64,000 nucleotides of DNA from Botryllus schlosseri (Eukaryota). Positions 63,775 to 64,000 of this stretch are shown here, one piece after another. Position 1 is the stretch's first letter. Each line of letters opens with the position of its first letter. The stretch lies in contig CM119379.1 of NCBI GenBank assembly GCA_051294905.1, forward strand, positions 18,786,001 through 18,850,000. The letters run 5' to 3'. The translations under genes were made by a program, and so were the position numbers. Under the pieces are notes generated by a model. The model did no database searches. It was not told the origin of the DNA and was given only the letters and a program-made list of their open reading frames with translations.

Positions 63775-64000
63775 CAGGGTTGTAACGAAGTCACAAGCCT
63801 CCGAGTCACAAGTCAATCTCGCTTTTCAAGTTTCGACTCGAGTCAAGTCGAGTCATTTTCAACTCATCACCGAGTCAAGTCCGAGTCTAAGTCAGCGAGC
63901 AGAGGGTCGAGTCCGAATCATGGTATTATGACTTGAGTCCGAGTCCAAGTCATTGTGTTGATTGCTCAATTTCCACTTAAGTCTTGGTAAACCCACTTTT
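63775..64000. mobile_element. Left end of a hAT-type element, cut off by the window edge
   Basis: Starts CAGGGTTGTAACG followed by a dense GAGTC/GACTC subterminal array. Confidence 0.65.

Overview
Eukaryotic, AT-rich, gene-poor genomic DNA with abundant CpG. An invertebrate origin, plausibly an ascidian/tunicate, is inferred from protein style and repeat types but not proven. The only protein-coding genes I can support are four short, single-exon helix-loop-helix (HLH) genes of the Id/Emc (no basic domain) type: two on the minus strand (3510-3953, 12844-13080) and two on the plus strand (45837-46145, 55134-55457). Each has a TATA-like box and a good Kozak context, and the two pairs point away from a ~33 kb interval with no recognisable genes. 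Candidate BMP/Smad and Notch/Su(H) elements surround them. Between HLH genes 1 and 2 lie tRNA-Ser(GCT) and tRNA-Ala(CGC), separated by only 2 nt and sharing one Pol III terminator. The rest is intergenic DNA with many non-autonomous hAT-type elements (several with perfect 8-bp target-site duplications), a 605-bp foldback palindrome, a Charlie-type transposase relic, the 3' end of a CR1/L2-type LINE and a tRNA-derived SINE family. Most ORFs in the supplied track are chance or shadow ORFs. All identifications were made by eye; no searches were run.
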